The notes: generated by a model not told the origin, from the letters alone. A stretch of 64,000 nt of DNA from Bdellovibrionales bacterium (GCA_965219095.1 CBDCMT010000001.1:256001-320000); one strand, 5' to 3'; shown: positions 1 to 10,932, counted from the first letter of the stretch. Made by a program: numbers and translations.

Positions 1-2517
1 TAATCTTTCGTAATTAAGGCCTTTTGTGGTTTTAAAATCCTTTAGAGTATAATAGTAAGCTTCTACAGCTTCAGCTTCCGTATTATCTAAAAGGCCTCTA
101 TTAACAGCTTCTGTATAAAGCCATAGCTGAAACTCTCTTTTTTTAGACCATCCTATAGCATTAGTATAGCTTGTAGATGATCCATTTTTATAATCTAAAA
201 CCTCTAATCTTCCCTCTCCTATTTTGTCAATGCGATCAATAATAGCTTTGAAAGGAAGATCTTGGATGGAAGCTTCATCTTCTTTAACTAAATGTTTTCT
301 TTTTACACTCCAAGCTCCTTGTAGTTTCACTTCAAGTCCTATAGTCTTTCTTTTAGGATTTCTTTGTCTTAAATCTTTTTCATATTTTAAAAATCTCTCA
401 ACAAGATCTAAGAAATAAAGAAAAACAGGTTTTCGGAACTCTCCCTCAATCTTTTGTTGGCTCAAGCAATCATTTATAATAGTCGAGATTTGTTTGTGAG
501 ATAAAAAAAGAAAATCTTTCTTCTTTACTACTTCTTCTAAAATTTTATGAGAAAGTCTCCCTTTTTCTATAGGAGATAGAGATAGATCTTTTTGTGGTCT
601 ATCCTCAAGGTGAAATAAGTACCTTGCTGCCCATTTGAAAGGACAGCTTCCGTATTGTTTTAAGCTTGTAGGATTGATATTAGGCAAGGTACTTTTTTCT
701 AACAACTGAGGAAGTTCTTTTTTCCCCTCATCACACAAAAGAGTGTTGAGAAGCCCTTCTCCTGCAGGAGGTGTTCTTTTTTGTAAAATAGCTTGAGGTG
801 ATTTGTTTTGAAATTGAGAAAAAAAACTTTCATTACGCCTCTGTTCTCCTAATTCTTTATTTTTGTTCAAAAAAGGGATGAGCCAAAAATGAGAAGGTTC
901 TAAAGGTGTTCCTGAAAAATGAGATGAAGGGCAACTAAGAATGATTTCTTTAAAAGCCTTATGGCCGTCTAACAGCCAAGCTAGTTCAAATTCTTTTTTT
1001 ACAGACTCTGAGACGTCCAAAATAAAACCTGTATTATCATAGAGAGATTTTAAGTCATAAGAATTCATTTCAAAACCATAGGAGGTGGTTTCTAAAAAAG
1101 ACTGGCTAGTGCCTAAAACAAAAACATGAGAAACTCTTAAGTTTTCTGCTGAAAAAACATTTTCGCAGTTCACTCCTTTCTCACTTTCTTTTTCTAGGGT
1201 TATTTCTAAATCAGAACACAAGTCTTCTAGATAAGAAAACCAGTCCTCAAAACTTAACTTTAAACCTTCATAAAGGTTATTGTAGATATTTGTTAAAAGA
1301 AGGTCTAACACTTCATTTGAAAGGGAGCTTTTGTCTAAAGACCATTTGATAAATTCATCAAAACAAACCTCTTTTTTTGAATCTTTTAGAAAAGAAAAAT
1401 TCTCTGAAACCTTCTTATTTTTTTTTAGATCTTCTTGACTGTAAACATGGCTGTAGTTTTGTTTGAAGCGAAAATAGTTCATAGGACTTTCATTTCGAGA
1501 AAACATGGCTCCTTCTAAATAAGGTTTTGCATAAGAAAGGCCTAAAGAAACTTTAAGGTGACATAACCATCGACTTATGCCAGGAAGGCTTGAAAGTTTT
1601 TGAGTTCTTTTTTTGTGAACAGGGATTCGATCTTGCTTTAACAAAACGTTTAAAACAGGCCAATACTCTTCTATGCGAGGAGCTAAAAGAGCTATATGAG
1701 AAAAATCAACTCCCTTTTTATTCCATTTTTTTAAACTCGTAAGGGCTGATTGTACTTCTGATAAACAAGAAGAATGCTTTTGAAGTTGAACTCTTTCAGA
1801 TAAAGAAAACCTATGGACCACTTTTTTTTCAAACTCTGGTGTTTGGTGGCTTGTTTTTAAAAGCTCATAAGAAAAAAGAGTTTTATGGTACTGATTTCTC
1901 CAACGAGGTTCTGGCTCTAAAACTTCTAATTCTATATGACTTTTAAGTCCATTGATAAAATCTCCCTCCACGGGAGTTAAACTTGAGCCTAAATCAAAGT
2001 AAACTTTGCGAGGCCAATGAACTTTAAAAGTAGGAGATCTAACTAGGTTTACTAAAAGAGCTGGAATAAAAGATGCGTTCGTTAGACCTTTATCTTCTAA
2101 GAAAATCCAAAGTTTTTTGCTTTTTTTAAAATTAGAAAGAAGTTTCGTGTCCCCAAAAGTTTTCGTTTCAATCCAATTATAAAACATTTTCTCTCCATCA
2201 GGGTGAGTGAAAAGAGGAAGAAACCGTTTTAAACTATAAAAACTACTTGCAGAACCTGTATGCTTTTGAGCTAAAGTTTTACACATACTTTCATCAATGA
2301 TTTGTTTCTCAGGAAAAACTTGAAAAAACAAACTATTCCAAAACTCACTAATTCTTAAAAAGTTTTCTGATTCTAAATAGCCCTTTTTTTCTAAAAAAAC
2401 TTTCTCCAATTCTGCCTTAGACTTCAAATCTGATACAACCCAAGTAATTTCATCTTTTTTATGAAGTTCTTCTAATAGCTTTCTTTTTGCAATAAGATTT
2501 TCAACACTTCTTATCAT
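1..2517 (-). CDS. AddB/RexB-like protein with C-terminal PD-(D/E)XK nuclease domain (3' end runs off the window)
   Basis: Missing from the ORF track, consistent with no stop inside the window. ATG at 2517 (MIRSVENLIAKRKLL...); frame open at every point I spot-checked down to position 1. Contains 'INPTSLKQYGSCPFKW' and 'IIDRIDK...LEVLDYK...QLWLY' nuclease motifs. Confidence 0.8.
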   Translation of the reverse strand, partial: MIRSVENLIAKRKLLEELHKKDEITWVVSDLKSKAELEKVFLEKKGYLESENFLRISEFWNSLFFQVFPEKQIIDESMCKTLAQKHTGSASSFYSLKRFLPLFTHPDGEKMFYNWIETKTFGDTKLLSNFKKSKKLWIFLEDKGLTNASFIPALLVNLVRSPTFKVHWPRKVYFDLGSSLTPVEGDFINGLKSHIELEVLEPEPRWRNQYHKTLFSYELLKTSHQTPEFEKKVVHRFSLSERVQLQKHSSCLSEVQSALTSLKKWNKKGVDFSHIALLAPRIEEYWPVLNVLLKQDRIPVHKKRTQKLSSLPGISRWLCHLKVSLGLSYAKPYLEGAMFSRNESPMNYFRFKQNYSHVYSQEDLKKNKKVSENFSFLKDSKKEVCFDEFIKWSLDKSSLSNEVLDLLLTNIYNNLYEGLKLSFEDWFSYLEDLCSDLEITLEKESEKGVNCENVFSAENLRVSHVFVLGTSQSFLETTSYGFEMNSYDLKSLYDNTGFILDVSESVKKEFELAWLLDGHKAFKEIILSCPSSHFSGTPLEPSHFWLIPFLNKNKELGEQRRNESFFSQFQNKSPQAILQKRTPPAGEGLLNTLLCDEGKKELPQLLEKSTLPNINPTSLKQYGSCPFKWAARYLFHLEDRPQKDLSLSPIEKGRLSHKILEEVVKKKDFLFLSHKQISTIINDCLSQQKIEGEFRKPVFLYFLDLVERFLKYEKDLRQRNPKRKTIGLEVKLQGAWSVKRKHLVKEDEASIQDLPFKAIIDRIDKIGEGRLEVLDYKNGSSTSYTNAIGWSKKREFQLWLYTEAVNRGLLDNTEAEAVEAYYYTLKDFKTTKGLNYERL

Positions 2518-2519
2518 GT

Positions 2520-3092
2520 TCAACCCTTTATTTTCGAAAGAAACCTTTTAACATGATTTTTTAATTCTTCTAAATTTCCTTCATTTTCTATGACAAAGTC
2601 TGCTTTTTTTCTTGAATCTTCTAGATCATTTTGCCTCGACATAATTTTATCAATATGTCTTTGAGGAAGACCCTTTTTTAAAAGTCTTCTTGTTCTTTCT
2701 ACCTTTGTGCTTGCAACTAATAAAATTACATCAAAAGATGATTCTAGATTCTTTTCGAATAAAAGCGGTATTTCATAAAAGACCATAGACTTATCTTTTA
2801 AATTAAGCCTTTCTTTTTCCACTTCTTGTCTTACTAAAGGATGGAGGATTTCTTCGAGTTGGTTTAAGTTATTTAAGTTTTTCAAGGCCCATTCCTTAAG
2901 ATCTCCATGATTTTCTATACCACTTAAACCTAAAGTCTCTAAAAGATTTTTAAAATTTTTTTGTATGATTTTTTTCACTATTTCATCCGCTGATAAAACA
3001 ACAAAACCTTCTTTTTTTAAAAGGTAAGAAACTTCGGTTTTTCCTGAGCCTATGGGTCCTGTAACACCTATCCATTTCATACTTTCACTCAC
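2520..3092 (-). CDS. coaE: Dephospho-CoA kinase
   Basis: IGVTGPIGSGKT P-loop, LSADEI, LEEILHPLV, EIPLLFE, ADFVIEN. Confidence 0.95.
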   Translation of the reverse strand: MSESMKWIGVTGPIGSGKTEVSYLLKKEGFVVLSADEIVKKIIQKNFKNLLETLGLSGIENHGDLKEWALKNLNNLNQLEEILHPLVRQEVEKERLNLKDKSMVFYEIPLLFEKNLESSFDVILLVASTKVERTRRLLKKGLPQRHIDKIMSRQNDLEDSRKKADFVIENEGNLEELKNHVKRFLSKIKG

Positions 3093-3957
3093 TAAATTTT
3101 AATTTTTCAGATAAAATTTTAAAATAATCATAAGACTTAAGCTTTAAAGTGTAGTGTTTGCATTTTGAATTTTGAATCAAAAGACTATGGGATGGTGATA
3201 TGTTTAACACTTTTTGTCCATCCAAACTCAGAGAGGCTCTTACAGTGGAGTGTTCTTTATGGAGGTTTAACTTTAAAGCCTGACTGTTGTTGAAAAGCAT
3301 AGGACGAAAACTCAAGCTATGGGGACATATGGGAGTTAGAATAAAAGCCTTCAGATCAGAATGTACAATAGGACCTCCAGCTGATAAATTATAAGCTGTA
3401 GAGCCTGTAGGAGTAGCTACAATCAAGCCGTCGCTTTTCACAGAACCTACATACCTTCCCCCATATTGAATTTCTAAATATAAAAGACGGCTTCTTTCTC
3501 CCCTTTCCATTACAACATCATTTAAAGCTTCTTTTAATAACAGGGTTTTATTTTTTTCCTTCACTCTTATCTCAAGAAGTTCTCTTTCTTGTATTTCAAA
3601 CTCTTCATTTATCAGATCATCTAAAGAAAACCCTTCATTTTTCACCAAAACCTCCGTTAGAAAACCTAAAGATCCTACATTAATACCTAAAAGAGGTGTT
3701 TTGCTTCGGTTTAATAACCTTACAGCTTCTAAATACGTTCCATCCCCCCCTAAGACGATTCCTAAGTCCACTTTATGATTTGAGCAAAAGATGGGAACTT
3801 TAGCTCCTTTCTTTAAGGAAAGTTTCCTTTTAGGATGAGTGTAGACCTGGATCTTTTTTTCAGCTAATTGTTCTGCTAAACGACAAGCTAAATAGTAGAC
3901 TTTTTTGTTCTTAGGTCTATAGACAAGGAGTACAGAACGAAACTGCTTCAAGTTCAT
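3085..3957 (-). CDS. nadK: NAD(+) kinase
   Basis: GGDGT, G.LGFL, LNDVV and DGLIVATPTGSTAYNLSAGGP motifs. Confidence 0.96.
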   Translation of the reverse strand: MNLKQFRSVLLVYRPKNKKVYYLACRLAEQLAEKKIQVYTHPKRKLSLKKGAKVPIFCSNHKVDLGIVLGGDGTYLEAVRLLNRSKTPLLGINVGSLGFLTEVLVKNEGFSLDDLINEEFEIQERELLEIRVKEKNKTLLLKEALNDVVMERGERSRLLYLEIQYGGRYVGSVKSDGLIVATPTGSTAYNLSAGGPIVHSDLKAFILTPICPHSLSFRPMLFNNSQALKLNLHKEHSTVRASLSLDGQKVLNISPSHSLLIQNSKCKHYTLKLKSYDYFKILSEKLKFSE

Positions 3958-4044
3958 ACTTATACTTTGACAAAAATAAGGCCTTTAGGGGAGTTATGAC
4001 ACAAGGGGCTTCTAGTGCTTGAGTTCTCTAAAAATGAGCTGAAG

Positions 4045-4142
4045 AGGGTTTTAAAAACGATAGGTGAGGCTTTAAACATATTAGATCGGTTTCATATTGT
4101 GGCAAGACTCAATAAGGCTTTAGACGAAGTAAGAGCTTCAGA
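4045..4142 (+). mobile_element. Short internal ISL3 transposase relic
   Basis: tagatcggtttcatattgtggcaagactcaataaggctttagacgaagt nearly identical to the ISL3 tnp at ~57718-57775. Confidence 0.75.
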
Positions 4143-4151
4143 TCATATAAC

Positions 4152-4414
4152 GGTAAATCAAAAAGACAGGTCACTGGTTTAAGCCATGATAGTGACCCTA
4201 AAGTACTTGCAGAAGGAGGTGAGCTTTTCGAGACAAATTCTAAACCCTTTAGCTGGCCTGGTTTTTAAGGCCTCAAAGGATGTTTTCCCTTTTTTTCGAT
4301 TAAGCCTGTATTTTTGTGAAGACTTACTCGAAAAAAAGGAAAAAGCAAAAAAAAGATGTAAAATAGGATTTCAAGACTTTATTTATAAACAAACCAACAA
4401 AGGAGGAAAATAAA
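4152..4414 (+). ncRNA. Candidate IS110 bridge RNA / structured left-end RNA
   Basis: Three stem-loops (~4169-4197, ~4244-4279, ~4283-4343) kept in three copies, directly upstream of the AGGAGG RBS of the IS110 recombinase; RNA status is inferred from family knowledge. Confidence 0.5.
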
Positions 4415-4963
4415 ATGTATGATCACTATATAGCCGTAGATTGGGCACAAAGTAACATGGCCATTTCAAGGATGACAGGCAAATCAAAAGATATTAAGAC
4501 TATGGACACGATTTCAGATCTTGGGAATCTTCGTGCCTATTTAAAAACCCTGAAAGGTAAGAAGATATTGACTATCGAAGAGACTACAACTTCGATAGTG
4601 GTTGTATTCAGAATTAAAGGATAGTGTTGATGAGCTCATAGTCTGTGATCCTCTTCGGAACAGACTTTTAAGTGAAGGGGCTAAAACTGATAAAATTGAT
4701 GCTGAAAAACTTGTTTTATTGTTACGCTCTGGCCTTTTGAAACCAGTTTTTCACTCAGGTGATGAATTCATTTACCTTCGTAAGATTGTCAGTGGATATG
4801 AAGATGTGGTTAAAAGAGGAGTTCGTGTTAAAAACCAAAGATCAGCTCTATTTCGAGCTTCCCACCTTGATGCTAAGAAGCAGACACAATTAAAACTAGC
4901 GGAAGATAAATTTGTTCTAGAAGGCTTAGATAAAGCTTATGGAGAGGAGAAAGCACGTTATGA
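4415..4963 (+). pseudogene. IS110 DEDD (RuvC-like) recombinase, frameshifted near 4595 and 3'-truncated
   Basis: YIAVDW...IEE...VCDP...KTDKIDA catalytic pattern split over ORFs 4415-4624 and 4602-4982. Confidence 0.88.
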
Positions 4964-6370
4964 TACCAATTACAGAAATTAATTCGACATTTTTATGTTC
5001 AAATTTAAAATTTTAAAATTGACTTAAGGAAAAGTTTCAATTAGGAGGCTTTAAAAAAGTTTTTTTTGAAGGGAGGTTGAGTTTTCATAAGATATGTTTA
5101 TTTTATGTATATCTATTGTTGTGTGAATCGATTGATGGGTTAAAATAAGTGTAAAAAAGTGAGGTTAAGATGTAAAATGAAAAAAATCAGTTACGCAATT
5201 TAATTTATAGGTTCAAATTAATTTACAAGCTTGATTCATCTTGTTGTTTTGCCCAAGATCGAGTGCATAATTTTTTAATCCTGCCCTCCTGATCGCAAAA
5301 AGTATTCCAGGCCTCACAACAAGTATTCAGTATATGGTCATAGTTTTTAAAACATGCATTCGATAATTTGATCCTTCGTAATTGTTGCCAGACTTGTTCC
5401 ATGGGATTTAATTCTGGACTATAAGGAGGTAAAGGCATCATGGATAAATTCTTAGGAACTATCAAAGTCTCTGTGGTATGCCAACTGGCTCTGTCCATTA
5501 AAACAATTCCATGATAGTTTTCTTGAATATTTTTAGATATCTCATCTAAGTGAATTTGCATCATCCCTGAATTACATTCCGGTAAAACCCAAGCACAGCC
5601 TTTATCTTTATCCGGACAAACTGCTCCAAAAATATAAGTGGATAAAAATTGTCTTTGTCTCACAACTCTAGGCCGTGTGCCTTTTCTTGCCCAAATCCTG
5701 CTCAAAGAACCTTGCTGAGCTTATTCTGCATTCATCCTGCCACCAAATCTCTATTTTATGAGTCTGAATCTTTTCTTTTATTTTCTCCACCTCTTCTGGA
5801 AAATGTTCCTTAAACTGTTCCATAGCTTCTTAATGAACTTTTAGGATGAAGAGAACGACCACTGATCCATACAATATTAAGGCGGTCTAAAGAAACATAA
5901 ACCCCAGAAAGAGAATAGCAACAGTCAAATTCATCTGCTAAAAGTTTCTGTATTTCCTTTGCTCCTATGCTTCCTCCCTCTCTTTTGTCTTGAATTTCAT
6001 CTAACTTGATTTTGAAGTTCTCTTCTTCTGTCACTGGCAAACGAGGCTTGCGTCCTCTGCCTTCTCGATCTATCAATCCCTCGTAATCAAAGTCTACAAA
6101 AGACTGTAACCAGGATTTGATACTGTGACGGTGATAGAAAACTATACTTGCTGTTTCTTGAATCGATTTTCCTTCTTGCATATGCTGCAAAGCTTGGAGT
6201 TTTATCTTGATGTTGGCACTTCTTTCTACTTTGTAAGTAGCTAGAAAATTATACCCTTGAATCTGTGTAACTAAATCTTTTTTCGACACTCTAAAAATTT
6301 AACAGAGTTTGATCAAAAAGCCAGGACGCTATGCGTTAAAAGAATGTCGAATTAATTTTTGGAAATGGTA
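4964..6370 (-). mobile_element. IS630-family element type A, copy 1 (frameshifted tnp)
   Basis: TIRs TACCAATTACAGAAATTAATTCGAC / TACCATTTCCAAAAATTAATTCGAC; tnp split into 5810-6289 and 5223-5705; LPPYSPELNPME motif; flanks TGA vs TTA do not match. Confidence 0.93.
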
Positions 6371-6372
6371 TT

Positions 6373-6804
6373 ATCTGTTTTGATAACGAATATCCATTAT
6401 GTTCTTCAGATCCACATGCAGTCGATAGAAATGGAAATACCGGACTTATTTTAGCAGCATACCATCTATCACCACACTATGTTAAGGAAGACAAGGCTTT
6501 TATTTTAAGTAGAGCAAAATGGTTCCTTGATCATGGTATGGATGTAAATGCAGTCAATAGATGGGGAAGGACAGCGCTAATATGGGCGGCAAAAAGAGGA
6601 TCCTTAGAACTTGTAGAGCTTCTTTATGAGAAAGGTACAGATATAAATGTAGCTGATGAAAAGGGAATGACAGCACTTATGTATGCTCAACAAGAAAAGC
6701 ATATAGATGTTGTAGAATTTCTTGAAAATCCAGATTCAGTTATAGAGTATAGCAAAGTTTTTGAAGCTGTTGACAAGCCAGAAGTGCTTAAACTTTTGAA
6801 CTAA
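6373..6804 (+). pseudogene. Ankyrin-repeat protein, 5'-truncated by IS630-A
   Basis: Frame open back to the IS junction (..VDRNGNTGLILAA..DVNAVNRWGRTALIWAA..DINVADEKGMTALMYA); at least 3 ankyrin repeats. Confidence 0.8.
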
Positions 6805-6867
6805 AAAAACAATTTGAAGAATATTAATTTTATCTGAATTCGTGCTTAAATTTATATACTACAAATT

Positions 6868-7461
6868 CTATTTTTCTTGACATACTTTTTCTATGTCAGA
6901 AAGAGGTACACCTCCCTTTCTAACACATACTATTTTTTCTCCTTCAAATTTTATAATAGTACTTGGCTTTTGAGACATAAGAGAGGATTCATAGTTATTG
7001 ATGAAAAAGAGATTGGGGAAAACTTTAGTAATCTCTTTTTCTAAAATCAAAGGTGGTTCTCCTGAAAGGTTAAGACTTGTGCTAACCAGAGGTCTGTCAA
7101 AGGTTTCAAAAAGTTCTTTTATAAAAGGATGGGGAGAGCACCTGAGATTGATATACTTTGTTTTGCCATGAATCCAAGAAGGTACACTTTTTTTCCCATA
7201 AAGCAAAACACTACACGGACCCGGCCAAAAAACATTTAAAACTTTTAAAACCTGATCAGGAAGAAAAGCATACTTATAAGCCATATGGATGTCTCTTACA
7301 AGAAGACTTAAAAGTTTTTGGGGGGAGCGTTTTTTAATTTTAAAGATTGCTTTTACAGCTGATGAAGAAAGAGCATCACAACCTAGACCCCATACTGTTT
7401 CTGTAGGATAAATAATAACTTTATTGTTTCTAAGAAGATGGATGGCTTTTTTTACAAACAC
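6868..7461 (-). CDS. tsaC: L-threonylcarbamoyladenylate synthase (TsaC/Sua5/YrdC family)
   Basis: YPTETVWGLGCDA, K.R...K, FWPGP and STSLNLSG motifs. Confidence 0.92.
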   Translation of the reverse strand: MFVKKAIHLLRNNKVIIYPTETVWGLGCDALSSSAVKAIFKIKKRSPQKLLSLLVRDIHMAYKYAFLPDQVLKVLNVFWPGPCSVLLYGKKSVPSWIHGKTKYINLRCSPHPFIKELFETFDRPLVSTSLNLSGEPPLILEKEITKVFPNLFFINNYESSLMSQKPSTIIKFEGEKIVCVRKGGVPLSDIEKVCQEK

Positions 7462-8708
7462 TCTGTAATACCAATATCTGAACGACAGTGAAGATCAGGC
7501 CAATCCACGTATGAAGCATGTTTATAAACTTTTTCAATAGCTTTGCGTAGATCTTTATCAATAGAAACACAATTTAAGACGCGCCCCCCTGCTGTTAAAA
7601 ATTGATCCCCCCTTTTTTTCAAAGCACATGTAAGAAAATAAGAACCATCAGTCTCGTGAAAAATATCTCCTTTTACTTTTAAACCTATTTCTGGATTTTT
7701 GGGATAACCCTGAGAAGCTAGTACAACACATATAGAAAATAAATTCTTAAAACAAAGGCGAGGAACCTTTCCTTCTGCTACTTGGAGCAAAAAAGAACTT
7801 ACGTCTCCTTCAATAAGGGGAAGCAAAACCTGTGCTTCAGGATCGCCAAAACGTACATTGTACTCTAAAACCTTCCAACCACGTGTTGAGTAAATTAACC
7901 CTATATAAAGAACCCCCCTATAAAACAAACCTTTTTTTTCAAGGCCCTTGATGCTAGGCTCTACAATGGTTTTTGTAATCATCTCTTTTTGTTTTTCTTC
8001 TATAGGGATGGGAGCTATAGAACCCATGCCCCCTGTATTAGGCCCTAAACCTCCGTCATTGAGTTTTTTGTAATCACGAACTAGAGGAAGAAGTTCGTAA
8101 TCTTTTCCATTTGTGACAACAAAAAAACTCATCTCTTGTCCTCGATGAAACTCTTCAATAAGAGCTATTTCTCCTGAAGCTTGAAAGATTTTTTCTTCAA
8201 AAAGCTGATAAGCATATTCCTCAACTTGAACAACAGTCTTACAAATACGAACTCCTTTTCCTTGAGCTAAACCATCTGCTTTAAAAACATAGGGAGGTTT
8301 AAAGTTTTTAACGGCCTCTAAAGTTTCTTCTACACTTTTAACAACTTGATATTTAGATGTGGGAATGTTCATTTCCTCCATAAACTTTTTAGCAAAAATT
8401 TTACTTGATTCTAGTTGGGAAGCTTCCTTGCTAGGAGCAAAGACTTTCCAGCCAAGCTCTCTTAACCTATCAGCAAAACCATTAGCACAATAAACCTCAG
8501 GTCCTACGATAACAAGATCAATGTTGTTTTGTTTAAGAAGGTTTATCACCTTATTTTCACAAGATAAGTCAAGATTATGACTTATGATCTTATCTTTAGG
8601 CGAGGGAACTTGAGAGATGATATGAACTTTTTTTGTAGAAGGAGAGAGACTACAAGATCGAGCTAGAGCACTTTCTCTCCCTCCTTGTCCTAAGATAAAG
8701 ACATTCAT
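7452..8708 (-). CDS. purD: Phosphoribosylamine-glycine ligase
   Basis: MNVFILGQGGRE start (ATG 8708), VGPE, LESSKIFAK, KADGLAQGKGV, GPNTGGMG, EYNVRFGDPE, GGRVL. Confidence 0.96.
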   Translation of the reverse strand: MNVFILGQGGRESALARSCSLSPSTKKVHIISQVPSPKDKIISHNLDLSCENKVINLLKQNNIDLVIVGPEVYCANGFADRLRELGWKVFAPSKEASQLESSKIFAKKFMEEMNIPTSKYQVVKSVEETLEAVKNFKPPYVFKADGLAQGKGVRICKTVVQVEEYAYQLFEEKIFQASGEIALIEEFHRGQEMSFFVVTNGKDYELLPLVRDYKKLNDGGLGPNTGGMGSIAPIPIEEKQKEMITKTIVEPSIKGLEKKGLFYRGVLYIGLIYSTRGWKVLEYNVRFGDPEAQVLLPLIEGDVSSFLLQVAEGKVPRLCFKNLFSICVVLASQGYPKNPEIGLKVKGDIFHETDGSYFLTCALKKRGDQFLTAGGRVLNCVSIDKDLRKAIEKVYKHASYVDWPDLHCRSDIGITECL

Positions 8709-8721
8709 CACAAAAACAAGT

Positions 8722-10041
8722 TTACAAAAAAAGAGAGTTCTTGTCACTTTTTATTTTAATTTTTAAGAGATCTGCTATGAGCTTTCCAGACAAATCCTTC
8801 TCCTCAGGAGAACAATAAAGCCTTTCTAAAGTCCGTTTTTTTTCGTATTTATCAAAGATTTCACTAGCTTCATCTAAGGGCACAGCCTTGTCTTGAAATT
8901 TATCTTTAATAAAGATAGGAGATTTTTTAGATTCCCCTTTTGAGGAAGTTTTTTTTATTTTGCTCATTTGAGTTTGGGAATTAACGTAGATGAATCTTAA
9001 ATTTTGCCTTTTAAGCTCTCTTTTTATATTGAGAACCTTTTGGGAGATAAGCCCATCAGAGTGCTCTTCATAAAGCATAACATAGGGTCGGTTTGTGATA
9101 ATTCTTTTAGCCCACTCATTTTCTGATTCTTTTAAATGCGTATGAAGAGTATGATCAGTGCAATCTAAATAAGCTCCTATATCAGAAGGGAGGCGAAACT
9201 TGCAGTCCTTTGAAGAAAAGTATCGAAGCAGCATTTCATCATAAATAACAGATTTATGGTGAACATAAACCATAAGGTACATGTGATGTCTTGCAAGAAG
9301 GAAATCTTCGAAAGCATAAAGTGCTCTTTGATCAAAGCATAAATACAGTTGAGAATCCACTTCATGGTAGGAGAGGTTCGATAAAAGCCAAGAGATTTCA
9401 ACTTTTCCATAATTAGTCCCACAGTAGTAGGAATCCCTTACTAAATAGTCCATACGATCAGCATCTAACTCAGAACTAATGATCTGACTTAAAAGAGGTC
9501 TAAAATCTAAGTTCTTTTCTATAAAAAAATCATCTTTAGTTTGGATTTCAGGGTGTATGAGAGAAGCTATATGAAGGGGTTTAAAAGAAGAAAAATGTGA
9601 TTCTATAGTACGAGTAAGCTGAGAGTCTAAAATGATTTTAATAGTGTAGTCTTCGTGGGTAGCTTTTCTCTTTTTTTGACCTAAGTCTAGAGGAAGTTTA
9701 AGATCTTCAAAATAAGGCATTACTTCTTCTGTTGTGTGACTGAGAGGTCCATGGCCTATGTCGTGCAAAAGAGCTGCTAGTTTTGTGACTTGCTTGAACT
9801 TTTGTTTGACCTCTTCAGAGGACCAAGTGAAATCCTTAAAAATAGCCTCAAAAGCTTGTTCAGCTAAATAAAAAGCTCCAACAGAATGCACATAACGGTT
9901 ATGCATACCTCCTGGAAAACTGAACTCCCCAAAACCAAGTTGCTTTATTCCTCTTAACCTCTGAAAAGCAGGGCTATCGAGAATGTGTTTTTCTTGATCT
10001 GAAATTACAATAGAGCCGTGAATGGGATCTCTGATTTCCAT
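8722..10041 (-). CDS. HD-domain dNTP triphosphohydrolase (SAMHD1/YwfO-like)
   Basis: IRDPIHG, FQRLRGIKQLG, HNRYVHS, ALLHDIGHGPLSH, LDADRMDYL.RD. Confidence 0.88.
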   Translation of the reverse strand: MEIRDPIHGSIVISDQEKHILDSPAFQRLRGIKQLGFGEFSFPGGMHNRYVHSVGAFYLAEQAFEAIFKDFTWSSEEVKQKFKQVTKLAALLHDIGHGPLSHTTEEVMPYFEDLKLPLDLGQKKRKATHEDYTIKIILDSQLTRTIESHFSSFKPLHIASLIHPEIQTKDDFFIEKNLDFRPLLSQIISSELDADRMDYLVRDSYYCGTNYGKVEISWLLSNLSYHEVDSQLYLCFDQRALYAFEDFLLARHHMYLMVYVHHKSVIYDEMLLRYFSSKDCKFRLPSDIGAYLDCTDHTLHTHLKESENEWAKRIITNRPYVMLYEEHSDGLISQKVLNIKRELKRQNLRFIYVNSQTQMSKIKKTSSKGESKKSPIFIKDKFQDKAVPLDEASEIFDKYEKKRTLERLYCSPEEKDLSGKLIADLLKIKIKSDKNSLFL

Positions 10042-10134
10042 GCCTATCTCCTTTTCTAAAGCAGAGCATAAAATATAAAGGTTTTTATTATTTTATGCAA
10101 TAGTTGATACATAGAGTTTTTTAGGGGAAAGATT

Positions 10135-10932
10135 ATGAAGTCTTATTTAGAACTTATGGAAAGGGTCTTAAAAAAAGGGGAGAAAAGAAAAGATCGCACA
10201 GGGGTTGGAACTTTAAGTCTTTTTGGAGAATCTCTGTGCTTTGATCTTAGTGAAAATTTCCCTCTTCTTACAACAAAAGAGGTTCATTTAAAATCCATCA
10301 TCTATGAACTTTTATGGTTTTTAAGAGGAGATACAAATGTTGAGTATCTTAAACGTCATGGGGTAAGAATCTGGAATAAATGGGCTGATGAGAAAGGATC
10401 TTTAGGCCGAGTGTATGGAGCTCAATGGAGGGATTGGAGGAATGAAAACAAAGAAAGCCTCGATCAAATAGCCTCCGTTATTAGTGAAATGAAAAAAAAC
10501 CCCTCTTCAAGAAGACTGTTAGTGGTGAGCTTCAATCCAGGAGAGTTATCTCAAATGGCCCTTCCTCCCTGCCATGCCTTCTTTCAATTCTATGTTTCTG
10601 GAAAAAAAGAGCTGTCTTGTCAGATGTACCAAAGAAGTGCTGATTTATTTTTAGGCGTCCCTTTTAACATCGCAAGCTATTCCCTACTAACTCTTATGGT
10701 GGCTCAAGTGTGTGGCCTCAAGGCTAAGGAATTTATTCATGTTTTTGGAGATGTTCATATCTACAAAAACCACTTAGAACAAGTAACTTTACAACTGAAA
10801 AGAAAACCCAAAGCACTTCCTCAAATACATTTGAATCCTAAAGTGAAAGATATTTTTAGCTTCCAATATGAAGATTTTCACTTAGCAAACTATCAATTTC
10901 ACCCTTCTCTGAAGGCAGAGGTCGCTGTTTGA
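10135..10932 (+). CDS. thyA: Thymidylate synthase
   Basis: [40 protein letters not shown]. Confidence 0.98.
   Translation: MKSYLELMERVLKKGEKRKDRTGVGTLSLFGESLCFDLSENFPLLTTKEVHLKSIIYELLWFLRGDTNVEYLKRHGVRIWNKWADEKGSLGRVYGAQWRDWRNENKESLDQIASVISEMKKNPSSRRLLVVSFNPGELSQMALPPCHAFFQFYVSGKKELSCQMYQRSADLFLGVPFNIASYSLLTLMVAQVCGLKAKEFIHVFGDVHIYKNHLEQVTLQLKRKPKALPQIHLNPKVKDIFSFQYEDFHLANYQFHPSLKAEVAV

Larger units (their letters stand above)
4150..4963 (+). mobile_element. IS110-family element copy 1: left non-coding end plus 5' half of the recombinase; truncated by IS630-A
   Basis: ~263-nt leader repeated at 32582 and 39839, followed by a DEDD recombinase ORF. Confidence 0.85.

Noticed and set aside
224..418. 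64-aa plus-strand ORF
   Set aside because: Antisense shadow of the AddB-like gene; the same applies to the many short ORFs opposite or inside long genes (e.g. 22869, 29945, 34434, 37114, 52283, 63220)
4186..4413. 75-aa ORF upstream of the IS110 recombinase
   Set aside because: Frame not preserved in the other two copies (indels); the region is better explained as a structured non-coding end
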